The notes: generated by a model from the letters alone, not told the origin. A DNA stretch of 64,000 bases from Candidatus Eiseniibacteriota bacterium (GCA_963744995.1 CAVUWA010000010.1:448001-512000); one strand, 5' to 3'. Shown: positions 8,593 through 18,864, counted from the stretch's first letter. Translations and numbers: made by a program.

Positions 8593-9657
8593 TCAACCCT
8601 CGCCGGCCGAGCCCGCCTCGGACGAATCCGGCCCGGGGCTGCGCACGCGGCGGATGTTGGCCAGGTGCTCGCGGTAGGTATCGGCGAAGATGTGGTGGCC
8701 GTGGCCGTCGGCGACGAAGAACAGCGCGTCCACGTGCGGCGCGGGGTTCAGCACCGCGCGGATGCTGGCTTTGCCGGGATTGCAGATCGGCCCGGGCGGC
8801 AGCCCCTCGTACATGTAGGTGTTGTAGGGCGAGTTGTTGCGCAGGTGGCTGAGATAGACGCGCGAGCCGGGGCGCCGGCCGAGCGCGTAGGCCACGGTCG
8901 GATCCGCCTGCAGCCGCATGCCTTTCTTCAGCCGGTTGATGTAGACGCTGGCGATGATCGGCCGCTCCGCATCGACCTGCGCTTCGGACTCGACGATCGA
9001 CGCCAGCGTGAGCACCTCGTGCAGGCTCATCTCGAGCGGCAGCGAGTCGCGACCGGCCGCCGCGGCCAGCAGCACTTCGCGCTGCCGCGCCGCCATGGTC
9101 CGCATCGCCACCTCCGGCGACGTGCCGGGCAGGAATTCGTACGTGTCCGGGGCGAGGTAGCCCTCGAGCGAGGGTGCGTCCACGCCGAGCGAGTCGAGGA
9201 ACGCGGGGTCATGGCCGAGCGAATCGAACGCCGAAGCCGAGACCCCGAGATGGTTCGAGAGCAGCAGGCTCACCTCGGTGAGCGTCAGCCCCTCCGGAAT
9301 CGTGACCAGGCTGAGCCCGCTCATGCCTTTCGCGAACGCACGCAGCAGCGCCGGCACGCTGGTGCCGAGGCGGAACGAGTACTGGCCGGCCTTGATCTGT
9401 CGGTCGAGCTTCATGAGCCTGGCGAGCACGTGAAAGCCGGTGGTGCCGTGAATCAGCCCGACGCGCTTGAGCTCGCGCGCCACCTCGCTGAGCGTCTGCC
9501 CGCGCCGCACCAGGATGACCCGCCGCTCGTCGGGCGGGAACGGTCCGGCCGGAACGAACAGATCCGCCGCCACCGCGAGCCCCGCCACCACCAGCAGCAG
9601 CAGCGCCCAGCGACCGGGGCTGAAGGTGCGGCGACGATGGCGTGGACGGGGGGACAC
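8593..9657 (-). CDS. mltG: Endolytic transglycosylase MltG (YceG)
   Basis: N-terminal TM; TIPEG, LEGYLAPDTY, ASIVESE, LQADPT, SPYNTY, GLPPGPICNPG. Confidence 0.95.
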   Translation of the reverse strand: MSPRPRHRRRTFSPGRWALLLLVVAGLAVAADLFVPAGPFPPDERRVILVRRGQTLSEVARELKRVGLIHGTTGFHVLARLMKLDRQIKAGQYSFRLGTSVPALLRAFAKGMSGLSLVTIPEGLTLTEVSLLLSNHLGVSASAFDSLGHDPAFLDSLGVDAPSLEGYLAPDTYEFLPGTSPEVAMRTMAARQREVLLAAAAGRDSLPLEMSLHEVLTLASIVESEAQVDAERPIIASVYINRLKKGMRLQADPTVAYALGRRPGSRVYLSHLRNNSPYNTYMYEGLPPGPICNPGKASIRAVLNPAPHVDALFFVADGHGHHIFADTYREHLANIRRVRSPGPDSSEAGSAGEG

Positions 9658-9660
9658 CGG

Positions 9661-10137
9661 TCATTCACTCCCGCGGTTTCGCGCACGCTGGCGCTGCAGA
9701 TAGGACTCGAGCAGCGCCACGGCGGCGCCGCGATCGACGGCTTCCTTCGGCGTGCGCCGGCGTGAGCGCGGGTGGCGTCCCCGCGAGCCCGCCGGCCGCG
9801 CGCCGTCGCGCGTCTCGCGCAGACGGCGTTCGCTGAGCGCCGACGTCAGGCGCTCGTCGTAGGTATCGACCGGCAGGCCGGTGCGCTCGCGCAGCCTGTT
9901 GGCGAACGCCTGTGCGGCTCGGGCCGCCTCGCCCGCCTCGCCCGAGAGCAGCAGCGGCATCCCGACTACCACGCGTTCCACACCCTCTGCGCGGATCAGC
10001 GCGTGGAGCCGCTCGAGGGCGTCCTTCCCGCCGCGCACGACGAGGGTCTCGAGCCCGGTCGCGATCGCGCCGGTGGGGTCGCTCACCGCGACGCCGATCC
10101 GCCGCGCGCCCCAGTCGACGGCGAGAATCCTGGCCAC
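9661..10137 (-). CDS. ruvX: YqgF/RuvX pre-16S rRNA nuclease
   Basis: GTG start; ILAVDWGARRIGVAVSD, VVGMP, DERLTS, VDRGAAVALLESYL. Confidence 0.92.
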   Translation of the reverse strand: MARILAVDWGARRIGVAVSDPTGAIATGLETLVVRGGKDALERLHALIRAEGVERVVVGMPLLLSGEAGEAARAAQAFANRLRERTGLPVDTYDERLTSALSERRLRETRDGARPAGSRGRHPRSRRRTPKEAVDRGAAVALLESYLQRQRARNRGSE

Positions 10138-10141
10138 GCCC

Positions 10142-10591
10142 CTATCCCGACGTCGGAGCGGGCCGGTTCTTGACCATGTGACAGACGGTGCCGTCGCCGG
10201 TGAAGCGGAAGTCCACCGCGTCCATGCACGAGCGCATGATGAAGATGCCGCGGCCGCGCAGATCGAGCAGGTGCTCGGGCGAGGTGATGTCGCCGTTGAC
10301 TTCGTCGAGCTGGAAACCGGGGCCGCGGTCGTAGACGTCGACCTCCAGCCGGTCACCGTACAGGCGGAAGCGCACGTCCACCTCCTTCGACGGATCCCGC
10401 CGGTGGCCGTGCTGGATCGCGTTCGTGCCGGCTTCGATCACCGCCATCGTGACCTGTGACGAGGTCTCTTCGTCGAACTCCATCCGCTCGCACAGGGACT
10501 GCGCCACCCGATCGATGACGCCGAGCAACTCGAGCCGGCTCGGCATGCGCACGGAAACGACTTCCGGCGAGTTCGCAGTGGCGTCGGGCAT
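10142..10591 (-). CDS. RsbW-like anti-sigma factor / Ser kinase (HATPase_c_2)
   Basis: EAGTNAIQHG, VYDRGPGF, GRGIFIMRSCMDAV. Confidence 0.88.
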   Translation of the reverse strand: MPDATANSPEVVSVRMPSRLELLGVIDRVAQSLCERMEFDEETSSQVTMAVIEAGTNAIQHGHRRDPSKEVDVRFRLYGDRLEVDVYDRGPGFQLDEVNGDITSPEHLLDLRGRGIFIMRSCMDAVDFRFTGDGTVCHMVKNRPAPTSG

Positions 10592-10601
10592 TCGGGATTC
10601 T

Positions 10602-11576
10602 CTAGGGACCGATCTCGCCGCGATCGGCGCGGAGCCGCTCGAGCGCGCGGGCGAAATCGTCGGGCCAGGGGGCTGTGAAATGGAGGGCATCCCCGCGAAC
10701 CGGGTGCGGGAAGGCCAGTTCCATCGCGTGCAGGGCCTGCCGGGGCAGATCCCGAAGCAAAGCGTCTCGGAGGCTACGCTGCGCGGGGTCGGCGCTCAAC
10801 TGCTTTTTCCCGCGGCCGCCATAGGTCGGATCGCCCACGACCGGATGGCGGAGGTGCGCCATGTGGACCCGGATCTGGTGCGTGCGGCCGGTATCGAGCG
10901 TCACCTCGAGGCGCGTCACCAGGGCGAAGCGCTCGGCCGCCCGCCACCGGGTGCGGGCCGGACGCCCGCCGCGCCGGACCACGGCCATGCGCTTTCGATT
11001 CCTCGGATCGCGCCCGATCGGCGCCTCGATCACACCCTCGTCGCCGCGCGGGTCGCCCCAGACCAGCGCCGCGTAGCGGCGCGTGATGGCGCGCTCGCGC
11101 ATGGCTTCGATCAGCGCCCGGTAGGCACGCGAGGTGCGCGCGATCACCATGAGCCCGCTGGTCTCGCGGTCGAGACGGTGGACGATGCCCGGCCGTCCCT
11201 CGCCGCCGACGCCGGCGAGGCCAGGGTCGCGGTGGAGCAGGGCGTGGACGAGGGTTCCGGTTCTCACGCCGGCGCCGGGATGGACGACCAGCCCGGCCGG
11301 CTTCACGACGACGAAGATCGACTCGTCCTCGTGAACGATCTCGATCGGCAGCGCCTCGGGCTCGAGCGTGGTCACGGCCGGGGCCGGGATGGCGACCTCG
11401 ATCCGGTCGCCGCCCGCGAGGCGCAGCGAGGCGCGGCCCGGCACGCCGTTCACCCGCACGTGGCCCGCCCGGATCAGGATCTGCAACCGGTTACGCGACA
11501 GGTCCGCCTGCGCCGCCGCGAGAAACCGGTCCAGCCGTTCCCCCGCGCTCGGCGCCGGGACCGACAGTTCCAGCAT
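10602..11576 (-). CDS. rluD: RluA/RluD-family pseudouridine synthase with S4 domain
   Basis: ERLDRFL, KPAGLVVHP, HRLDRETSG, TGRTHQIRVH, QALHA. Confidence 0.93.
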   Translation of the reverse strand: MLELSVPAPSAGERLDRFLAAAQADLSRNRLQILIRAGHVRVNGVPGRASLRLAGGDRIEVAIPAPAVTTLEPEALPIEIVHEDESIFVVVKPAGLVVHPGAGVRTGTLVHALLHRDPGLAGVGGEGRPGIVHRLDRETSGLMVIARTSRAYRALIEAMRERAITRRYAALVWGDPRGDEGVIEAPIGRDPRNRKRMAVVRRGGRPARTRWRAAERFALVTRLEVTLDTGRTHQIRVHMAHLRHPVVGDPTYGGRGKKQLSADPAQRSLRDALLRDLPRQALHAMELAFPHPVRGDALHFTAPWPDDFARALERLRADRGEIGP

Positions 11577-12099
11577 TCGAGGCTTCCGCATGTTCCGGTG
11601 AAGGCCCCTCCGGGGGCGCGACGTCCGCATCCGTGCGGGGCTCTGGATGGCTCGACCAGGTGAGCGCGAACAGGATGACGCCGATCGACACCGCGGCGTC
11701 GGCGACGTTGAAGACCGGCCAGTACCAGCGCTGCGTGCCGATCTGGATGAAATCGACCACTTCGCCCAGGCGCACGCGATCGATCAGGTTGCCGATCGCG
11801 CCGCCGAAGATCAGCGCGAGCGCGAGCTTGCGCTGCAGCCCAGGCACGCGCGAGCGCACGAACAGATACAGGATCGCGACCGCCGCGACGATGGAAAAGA
11901 CGTAGAACGGGAACCGCGTGCCGGCGCCGAGTCCGAACGCGACACCGGAGTTGCGCGTGTACGTCAGCCGCACGTACGGCCCGAGCAGCTCCAGCGGGCG
12001 TTCGAACGCCAGATGCGCCATCACCCACTGCTTGCTCGCGTAATCGAGCGCGATGATGGCGCCCGCGACGAGCAACAGCAGCGGCAGGGATCGTCTCAC
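11491..12099 (-). CDS. lspA: Lipoprotein signal peptidase II
   Basis: NSGVAFG, GGAIGNLIDR, VVDFI, FNVADAA; GTG start overlaps the upstream TGA. Confidence 0.93.
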   Translation of the reverse strand: MRRSLPLLLLVAGAIIALDYASKQWVMAHLAFERPLELLGPYVRLTYTRNSGVAFGLGAGTRFPFYVFSIVAAVAILYLFVRSRVPGLQRKLALALIFGGAIGNLIDRVRLGEVVDFIQIGTQRWYWPVFNVADAAVSIGVILFALTWSSHPEPRTDADVAPPEGPSPEHAEASNAGTVGPGAERGGTAGPVSRGGAGGPVA

Positions 12100-13202
12100 T
12101 GAGCGCCCCGGCCGGCCCGCTCCTCTTTCGACTTGCAGGGCACGCACAGCCGCGCGTGCGGGATCGCCTCGAGCCGCGCGCGCGCGATCGGCTGTCCGCA
12201 CGACTCGCACATGCCGTACTCGCCGTTGTAGATCCGCCGGAGCGCGTCGTTGATCTCCAGCAGCAGGCGGCCCTCCGCCGAGGCGAACAGGAACGCCTTC
12301 TCGCGCTCCATCGCGTCGGTGCCGGCATCGGCCATGTGGAACGAATAGCCGGACAGGTCGCCCGCGCTGTCGCGCTGATTCACCTTCAGTACGGTGGTCT
12401 CGAGATGGCCCATGTCACGCAGGATCTTCTGGCGCTCGGCCACGAGACGTTCTTCGAAAACCTTCAGGTCCTGGTCGCTCAAACGTTCGGCTCCTTGGCT
12501 GGCTGTCGTCGTCGGGCGATCGTGGCTCGTACGGTCCGGAAACGCGACGCGGGGCCCGTCGACCTGCTGCGAGCGCCGTACGCGGACACGCGATTCCGGC
12601 GGCAACACGCCCAACGGCCGTACGACGGGCTCGGGGCGCGGCTGCCTCGACTTCGCGGCCTTCGCCGGACGTACGGACTTCGCCGTCTTCACGGGCGCCG
12701 CCTTGGCAGGCCTGGCGGCTTTTGCCGGCGCGGGCTGCTTCTTCGTCTTCACCGTCTGCTGCTCGGTCTTGTTCGCCACTTTCTTCGTCGCTTTCGCGGC
12801 GGCCTTGCGGACCGCCTTCTTCGCTGTCTTCTTCTTCGCGGCCTTCTTCGGCATCGCCTTCTTGCTGGCGACCTTCTTCCTCACCGTCTTCTTCGGCGCC
12901 GCCTTCTTCCTGGCGGTCTTCTTCCTGGCAGTCTTCTTCCTGGCGGCTTTTTTCGGCGCCGCCTTCTTCCTGGCGGCCTTCTTCCTGGCGGTCTTCTTCG
13001 GCGCCGTCTTCTTCTTCACGGCCTTCTTCTTCTTCTTCGTCCCGGCCACCGAGCGTTTCGCACCGGCACGGCGTTTCGCGGGCTTCGTCGCCGCACGCTT
13101 CGCCCCCGCGCGCCGCTTCACGCGCGCCGCAGCGGAACGCCTGCGGGCCGACCTCCCGGACGACGCCTGACGACGTGTGCTGGACTTGCGCTTGGTGGCC
13201 AT
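12096..13202 (-). CDS. DksA/TraR C4 zinc-finger protein with long Lys/Ala/Arg-rich N-terminus
   Basis: HMADAGTD, YGMCESCG..I...RLEAIPHARLCVPC; N-terminal KKAAPKK/KKTARKK repeats. Confidence 0.88.
   Translation of the reverse strand: MATKRKSSTRRQASSGRSARRRSAAARVKRRAGAKRAATKPAKRRAGAKRSVAGTKKKKKAVKKKTAPKKTARKKAARKKAAPKKAARKKTARKKTARKKAAPKKTVRKKVASKKAMPKKAAKKKTAKKAVRKAAAKATKKVANKTEQQTVKTKKQPAPAKAARPAKAAPVKTAKSVRPAKAAKSRQPRPEPVVRPLGVLPPESRVRVRRSQQVDGPRVAFPDRTSHDRPTTTASQGAERLSDQDLKVFEERLVAERQKILRDMGHLETTVLKVNQRDSAGDLSGYSFHMADAGTDAMEREKAFLFASAEGRLLLEINDALRRIYNGEYGMCESCGQPIARARLEAIPHARLCVPCKSKEERAGRGAQ
12865..13040 (-). repeat. Imperfect 15-nt tandem repeat encoding KK(A/T)A(R/P) pentapeptides
   Basis: Plus-strand units such as CTTCTTCCTGGCGGT and CTTCTTCGGCGCCGC repeated about ten times. 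Confidence 0.8.
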
Positions 13203-13239
13203 GGATCAGTCCTCCATATCGACCGAGGTGCGGCCGGGA

Positions 13240-14076
13240 TCAGCCCGTTGAATCGAGCCGCCGGACGATCTCGGTGACCAGTCGGATCAGCGTGGGCGCC
13301 GTGCGCCCCGCCACCGCGATGATCTCCGGGATGTCCACCGGCTTGAGATTGTCGGGAAGGCACGCGTCGGTGACGACATTGAACGCCAGGACGCGCTGCC
13401 CGCCATGCACGGCCGCGATGTTTTCCGGCACGAGCGACATGCCGACGATGTCCGCGCCGATCCAGCGCAGATACCGGTACTCCGCGGCGGTTTCGAGATT
13501 CGGCCCCGGCACCGCGACGAACACGGCGCGCTGCAGAGGCGTTTTCAGATCGAGCGCGGTCTGTTCGGCCAGCTCGATCAGTTTCCGCGAGTACGGTTCG
13601 CTCATGTCCGGAAACCGCGGACCCAGCGCATCGTCGTTCTCGCCGATGAGCGGGTTGTCGCCCATCAGGTTGATGTGATCGGTCGTCACCACGATGCTGC
13701 CCGCCGGCATGTCGGGGTTCATCCCGCCGCAGGCGTTGGTGATGATCAGCGTGTCGCAACCCAGCGCGGCCAGGACGCGCACCGGGAACGCCACCTGCCG
13801 CATCGTGTAGCCCTCGTAGTAGTGGACGCGGCCTTTCATGATGGCGACCGGGCGCTCGGCCATCCGGCCGACGTGCAGCTCGCCGGCGTGGCTCTCGACC
13901 GTGGACACCGGGAAATGCGGGATCTCGCGATACGGGATGACCGTCTCGGCCGCCAGCGTGGACGCGAAGTCGCCGAGGCCCGTGCCGAGCACGATGCCCA
14001 CGCGCGGCACGATCTTCGTGCGTGCGCGGACCGCTTCGGCCGCTTCGCGGATCTGTTTCAGGTACTCAGTCGCCAT
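13240..14076 (-). CDS. punA: Purine nucleoside phosphorylase (trimeric, PNP/XapA type)
   Basis: IVLGTGLG, HFPVSTVESHAG, GRVHYYEG, TNACGG, GPNLETAAE, VGMS. Confidence 0.92.
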   Translation of the reverse strand: MATEYLKQIREAAEAVRARTKIVPRVGIVLGTGLGDFASTLAAETVIPYREIPHFPVSTVESHAGELHVGRMAERPVAIMKGRVHYYEGYTMRQVAFPVRVLAALGCDTLIITNACGGMNPDMPAGSIVVTTDHINLMGDNPLIGENDDALGPRFPDMSEPYSRKLIELAEQTALDLKTPLQRAVFVAVPGPNLETAAEYRYLRWIGADIVGMSLVPENIAAVHGGQRVLAFNVVTDACLPDNLKPVDIPEIIAVAGRTAPTLIRLVTEIVRRLDSTG

Positions 14077-14347
14077 GGGCCAGCGCTTCCTCGATCAGGC
14101 GGTTCACTTCCACATCGTCCATCCCGGCGATCTCGATCGTTTTCGATCTCGACCCCGCCCCGCGCGCGACCGATACGCCGCGCGCGTCCACCTTCAACGT
14201 CCTCGCGATCAGCTTCGTGACCGCTTCATTGGCGCGCCCCGCCTCGGGCGCCGCCGTCACCGCTATCTTGAGCGTGCCGTCGGCCATCCGGCCGACCAGC
14301 CGCTCGCGCTTCGCCCCGGGCTGCACTCGGAGACTCAGCCGCGCCAC
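14066..14347 (-). CDS. yggU: DUF167/YggU family protein
   Basis: LRVQPGA, APEAGRAN, GAGSRSK. Confidence 0.88.
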   Translation of the reverse strand: MARLSLRVQPGAKRERLVGRMADGTLKIAVTAAPEAGRANEAVTKLIARTLKVDARGVSVARGAGSRSKTIEIAGMDDVEVNRLIEEALAHGD

Positions 14348-14393
14348 GCGTGACCTGCGGGGCCCGCGCCCCGGCCGCCGTCCGGCGCCCCGC

Positions 14394-14693
14394 TCACCCC
14401 ATGCGCACCGCCATCTCCTGGAGCGTCGTCACCAGGAAGCGCTGCAGGAAGAAGATCAGCAGCATCGCCACGAACGGAGCGAAGTCGATGCCGCCGACGG
14501 CCGTCGGGATGATCCGCCGGATCGGATCGCAGATCAGCCCGGAGACCCGGTCCAGAAACATCACGATCGGGTTCGACGGATCCGGCCGCACCCACGACAG
14601 CAGCGCATTGATCAGAATGATGATCATGAGCAGCTGGAGCACGATGTTGAGCACTCCGGCCAGCGCGCTCAGCAGGTTTCCGACGACGAACAA
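14394..14693 (-). CDS. yggT: YggT family membrane protein
   Basis: TTG start after GGGAGGG; LLSWVRPDPSNPIV...PIRRIIP...GIDFAP. Confidence 0.9.
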   Translation of the reverse strand: MFVVGNLLSALAGVLNIVLQLLMIIILINALLSWVRPDPSNPIVMFLDRVSGLICDPIRRIIPTAVGGIDFAPFVAMLLIFFLQRFLVTTLQEMAVRMG

Positions 14694-14759
14694 TGGCCGT
14701 TCCCTCCCTGGACGGAACGTTCGCGCGGTCGCCACCACCCTCGCGTTCCGCTCACCGCC

Positions 14760-15494
14760 TCATCCATTCACTCCTGCGCCCCCGTCGGGGCGCGGCGCCT
14801 CTCTCGCGCCGAAAATCGCCGTGCCGACGCGCACGATCGTGCTGCCCTCCTCCACCGCCACCTCGAAATCGCCGCTCATGCCCATCGACAGCTCGGGCAG
14901 CGTCACCCCCGTCGACCGCTCGAGCGTGTCGCGCAGCCCGCGCAACCGCGCGAAGTGCGGCCGCGCCGCCTCCGGATCGTCCGAGTACGGCGCGATCGTC
15001 ATGAGGCCGTCGAGCACGAGGCCCGGCAGCGCCGCGACCGCCCCCGCGAGGGGCGCCGCGTCGTCCGGCCGGACGCCGTGCTTGCTGGCCTCGCCGCTCA
15101 CGTTCACCTCGAGCAGCACCGGCAGGCGTCTGCCCAGGGCCATGGCCCGCCGCGACACCGCTTCGGCCAGCGCCAGGCTGTCGAGGCTGTGGACACGGTC
15201 GAACAGCTCGGCCGCGAGGCCCGCCTTGTTCCGCTGTAAATGACCGATCATGTGCCAGCGGACGCCATCGCGCCCGAAGGCCGGGATCTTGTCCCTCGCC
15301 TCCTGCACCCGGTTCTCCCCCAGGTCCAGGAGTCCCAGCGCCACGGCCTCGCGCACGAGACCCGCCGGAACGGTCTTCGTCACCCCCACCAGCCGGATCG
15401 AGCCCGGCTCCCGCCCCGCCCGGGCCGCAGCCCGGGCCAAACGGCCGCGGATATCGTCCAGGCGGCCCGCAAGGGTGGAAAAGGCGCCGTTCAA
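14760..15494 (-). CDS. yggS: YggS/PLPBP pyridoxal phosphate homeostasis protein
   Basis: VGVTK, GENRVQE, WHMIGHLQRNK, GLMTI, LSMGMSGD, VRVGTAIFG. Start uncertain. Confidence 0.93.
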   Translation of the reverse strand: MNGAFSTLAGRLDDIRGRLARAAARAGREPGSIRLVGVTKTVPAGLVREAVALGLLDLGENRVQEARDKIPAFGRDGVRWHMIGHLQRNKAGLAAELFDRVHSLDSLALAEAVSRRAMALGRRLPVLLEVNVSGEASKHGVRPDDAAPLAGAVAALPGLVLDGLMTIAPYSDDPEAARPHFARLRGLRDTLERSTGVTLPELSMGMSGDFEVAVEEGSTIVRVGTAIFGAREAPRPDGGAGVNG

Positions 15495-15664
15495 GGGACG
15501 CGCGAGGGTAGTCGCCGGGCCCTCCCGGCGCAAGCGCAATCGGGGCGGAAGTTTCAGGGCCGGCGCGGCCCGCGGCGCCGCCGCGCTCAGGGTGTCGCGC
15601 GCGGCCCGTCCGGCCCGATCAAACAGCCCGCGGGCAGGAGGCGCCCGCGGGCGCCTTCGAATGT

Positions 15665-16017
15665 TGGTGGAGGCGGCGGGAATCGAACCCGCGTCCGAAA
15701 GTCCTTCCCCAGAGAGTCCTACAGGCGTGTTCGGCCTACTTGAGTCTCGCGCTCAGCCACTCCGACCGACGGGATCGACTGCGCGCCAGCCCGGTGTGAT
15801 CTCGTCCGCCGCCCCCGGGCGAGGCATTGGACCAGCCTGCGTTTATCTGACGCTCGTTCCACATCCCACAGGCGGGCTGTGGACGACCGTCGCTGCTAGT
15901 TAAGCAGCGAGAGCCAACTGCTCATCGGCAGTTGTAAGGTTCCCGCTTTTTTGACGAGGCGCGAGTCCCCGGCCTGCACTTCCTGGTTCTAGACCCCCGT
16001 CGAGACCATTCGCCCCC
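15665..16017 (-). ncRNA. ssrA: tmRNA; tag reading frame ADEQLALAA* at 15900-15929
   Basis: 5' GGGGGCGAATGGTCTCGACGGGG; 3' GGACGCGGGTTCGATTCCCGCCGCCTCCACCA; internal GCC GAT GAG CAG TTG GCT CTC GCT GCT TAA. Confidence 0.95.
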
Positions 16018-16122
16018 GGAGGTGTGTTCACGCGATCGGGATCACGCCCGGTCGCGCCTTTCGATGCGAACGGCGGCCGCGCGGATGCGCGGGCCGCCGT
16101 CGGCATCGTGTCCCGCTGCGGC

Positions 16123-16557
16123 TCAAAACGGAATGTCGTCGTCCGGCCCGCCGCCGAAATCCTGGCTCCCCATGGAATCGTCGGGAACCGTCACGCCGCC
16201 GCTCTGATCGTCCTGCGTGCGCTCGCCGCGGCCGCCGAGCATCTGCACGCGCTGCGCGACGATCTCGGTGGTGTAGCGCTTCTGGCCCTGCTGATCCTGC
16301 CACTGCCGCGTGCGGATCCGGCCCTCGACGTAGATCTGCCGTCCCTTGGTCAGGTACTGGCCGCAGATCTCGGCCTGCTTGCCCCACACGACGATGCGAT
16401 GCCATTCCGTCGCTTCCTGCGGCTGGCCGCTCTTGTCGGTCCAGCGCTCGGACGTGGCGAGACGGAGATTCGCCACCGCGGTGCCGCCCTGCGTGTACCG
16501 CATTTCGGGATTGGCGCCGAGGTTGCCGAGCAGGATCACCTTGTTCACACCGCTCAT
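16123..16557 (-). CDS. ssb: Single-stranded DNA-binding protein
   Basis: [18 protein letters not shown]-terminal DDDIPF. Confidence 0.97.
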   Translation of the reverse strand: MSGVNKVILLGNLGANPEMRYTQGGTAVANLRLATSERWTDKSGQPQEATEWHRIVVWGKQAEICGQYLTKGRQIYVEGRIRTRQWQDQQGQKRYTTEIVAQRVQMLGGRGERTQDDQSGGVTVPDDSMGSQDFGGGPDDDIPF

Positions 16558-16721
16558 GTCTTGTGTCTCCCGTTCAAAAGCCCCCGTCGCGGGGACTTAC
16601 CTTCAGACAGGTTAGGGGCGGGCATCACGGGTTGCAACCGCAATGCCGCGGACGCGTCGCGCCGCTCGACCCGCCTGCGAGAGGCCGGGCCCCGCGGGTC
16701 CAAGGGGTCCCCGCGCCGCTG

Positions 16722-16751
16722 TTGACGACCTCCCGACCGGCCGCCTATTCT
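16722..16751 (+). promoter_or_regulatory. sigma70 promoter of the tRNA-Pro/Arg/His cluster
   Basis: TTGACG-18 nt-TATTCT followed by a GC-rich discriminator. Confidence 0.6.
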
Positions 16752-16777
16752 CGCCGCCCGAATGACGCAGGAGTTAC

Positions 16778-16854
<77 letters not shown>

Positions 16855-16934
16855 TTTGGCCCGCCGGTGCTGCCGGCTCAGTCCGCGGAGGGACCTTCCC
16901 GGGCAGAGCCCGCGCCCCGGCCGGCGCGGGCCCC

Positions 16935-17011
<77 letters not shown>

Positions 17012-17055
17012 GTTTCAGGCGGGACGAACCGTGCGCCGGATCGTACCGATCGGGT

Positions 17056-17132
17056 GGTGGATGTAGCTCAGTTGGCAGAGCGCCGGACTGTGGCTCCGGT
17101 TGTCGCGGGTTCGAGCCCCGTCATCCACCCCA
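17056..17132 (+). tRNA. tRNA-His(GTG), with encoded G-1
   Basis: GGTGGATGTAGCTCAG...CCGGA-CTGTGGC-TCCGG...CATCCAC-C-CCA. Confidence 0.97.
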
Positions 17133-17160
17133 CTTCTTCTTCCCTCCCGCCGGGAGCCGC

Positions 17161-18576
17161 ATGACGCGACGCGCGAAGATCGTCTGCACGCTCGGTCCCG
17201 CGAGCGACTCCCCCGAGGCCGTGCGCCGCCTGATCGACGCGGGCATGGACATCGCCCGGCTGAACCTGTCGCACGGCACCGAGGCCGAGCATGCGGCCGC
17301 CTGCCGCGCGGTGCGCCAGGGCAGCGACGCTGCGAAGCGCGCGGTCGGCGTGCTCGCCGACCTGCCCGGGCCGAAGATCCGTCTCGACGCCTTCGCCGGG
17401 GGCGGGGCGACGCTCGAAGCGGGCGCCGAATTCGTCATCACGACCCGGCCGCTGCTCGGCGACGCCCGCCGCGCCTCGACTTCCTATGCGAATCTCGCCC
17501 GCGACCTGAAGCGCGGCGACACGGTGCTGATCGACGACGGCAACATCGCCCTCGAGGTGTTGGCGACCGACGGGCGCGAGGTGGTGACGCGGGTCACGCA
17601 GGGCGGACGGGTCTCCGACCACAAGGGCATCAACCTGCCGGGCGTCGAGGTGAGCGCCCCGACGCTCGACGCCCACAACCGCGACCTGCTCGCCTGGGCC
17701 CTCGAGATCGGCGTCGACTGGGCGGCGATGTCGTTCGTGCGCGGCGCCGCCGACGCCGCGGACGCCCGCGCGGTGATGGAGCGGGCGGGGCGCCACGTGC
17801 CGCTGATCGCGAAGATCGAGAAGCCCGAAGCGGTGGACGACCTCGAGGCGATCGTGGATGCGTTCGACGGTCTGATGGTCGCGCGCGGCGACCTCGGCGT
17901 CGAGATGCCGCTCGAGCGCGTGCCGCTCGTCCAGAAGCGCGCGGTGCAGCTCGGACGCGAGCACGGCAAGCCGGTCATCGTCGCGACGCAGATGCTGGAA
18001 TCGATGATCCACTCGACGCGGCCGACGCGCGCCGAGGCCTCCGACGTGGCGAACGCGGTGTTCGACGGCGCCGACGCGCTCATGCTGAGCGGCGAGACCA
18101 GCATCGGCGAGCATCCGCTCGAGACGGTCGAGACGATGGCGCGCATCATCTGCGCCGCCGAAGCGGACGGTCTCGAACGCCTGCCGCCGATCGTGGGCGA
18201 GCCCGCCACGCGCTCGGACGCGATCGCGGCGGCGGCCACGCGGATCGCCGGCGAGATCCACGCGAAGGCGCTGGTCGGATTCACCATCTCGGGCGCCACG
18301 GTCAGGCGCCTGGCCTCGCATCGCGTGCGCACCCCGTTGCTGGCCTTTACGACCGAACCCTCCGTGCGCAGCCAGCTCGCGCTGGTCTGGGGCGTGGAGA
18401 CGTTCGTGGTGCAGCCGCTGGAATCCCTGGACGAGATGTTCGCGCTCGTCGACCGCTCGCTGCTCGAGCTCGGCCGTGGCGCGAAAGACGACTACGTGGT
18501 GCTCGTCGCCGGCATGCCGTCGTGGCGCAAGGGCAGCACGAACACGATCCGCGTGCACAAGCTGGGGTCGATCTGA
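17161..18576 (+). CDS. pyk: Pyruvate kinase
   Basis: KIVCTLGPA, RLNLSHG, KGINLP, IAKIEK, MVARGDLGVE, ATQMLESM, MLSGET. Confidence 0.97.
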   Translation: MTRRAKIVCTLGPASDSPEAVRRLIDAGMDIARLNLSHGTEAEHAAACRAVRQGSDAAKRAVGVLADLPGPKIRLDAFAGGGATLEAGAEFVITTRPLLGDARRASTSYANLARDLKRGDTVLIDDGNIALEVLATDGREVVTRVTQGGRVSDHKGINLPGVEVSAPTLDAHNRDLLAWALEIGVDWAAMSFVRGAADAADARAVMERAGRHVPLIAKIEKPEAVDDLEAIVDAFDGLMVARGDLGVEMPLERVPLVQKRAVQLGREHGKPVIVATQMLESMIHSTRPTRAEASDVANAVFDGADALMLSGETSIGEHPLETVETMARIICAAEADGLERLPPIVGEPATRSDAIAAAATRIAGEIHAKALVGFTISGATVRRLASHRVRTPLLAFTTEPSVRSQLALVWGVETFVVQPLESLDEMFALVDRSLLELGRGAKDDYVVLVAGMPSWRKGSTNTIRVHKLGSI

Positions 18577-18864
18577 TCCGCATCGTTCGCGGACGTCGGC
18601 CGACGCATGATTCGGCCTGGCAGGCGCTTCACGGGGATTTTGCTTGACGGGATTTCGCCGTGCGGCCCGCCCGGGTCCGGTGCCGCGCCTCATGCAGCAT
18701 CCAGAAGCGCCCCCTTCGAGGCCGCCGCGCACGAAACCCCTCATGACGGGTTTCGGGTGATTCCGCACGGAGAACCGGGCGCAGCGAGAGGCTGCGGGCC
18801 TCGAAAACCGGTGTGATATGAAGTGAATGCGCCCCCGCGCAGCCCGCCCCCGCGGAGTTTCGCG

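Noticed and set aside
11491..11576. 86-nt overlap of lspA and rluD
   Set aside because: A low-complexity C-terminal run-on of LspA in a widely conserved gene pair; not evidence of a special mechanism.
12865..13040. Short repeats as a CRISPR array
   Set aside because: Contiguous 15-nt coding repeats without spacers; no cas genes.
15900..16106. 68-aa ORF ending ADEQLALAA
   Set aside because: This is the tmRNA tag frame read through from upstream, not a separate gene.
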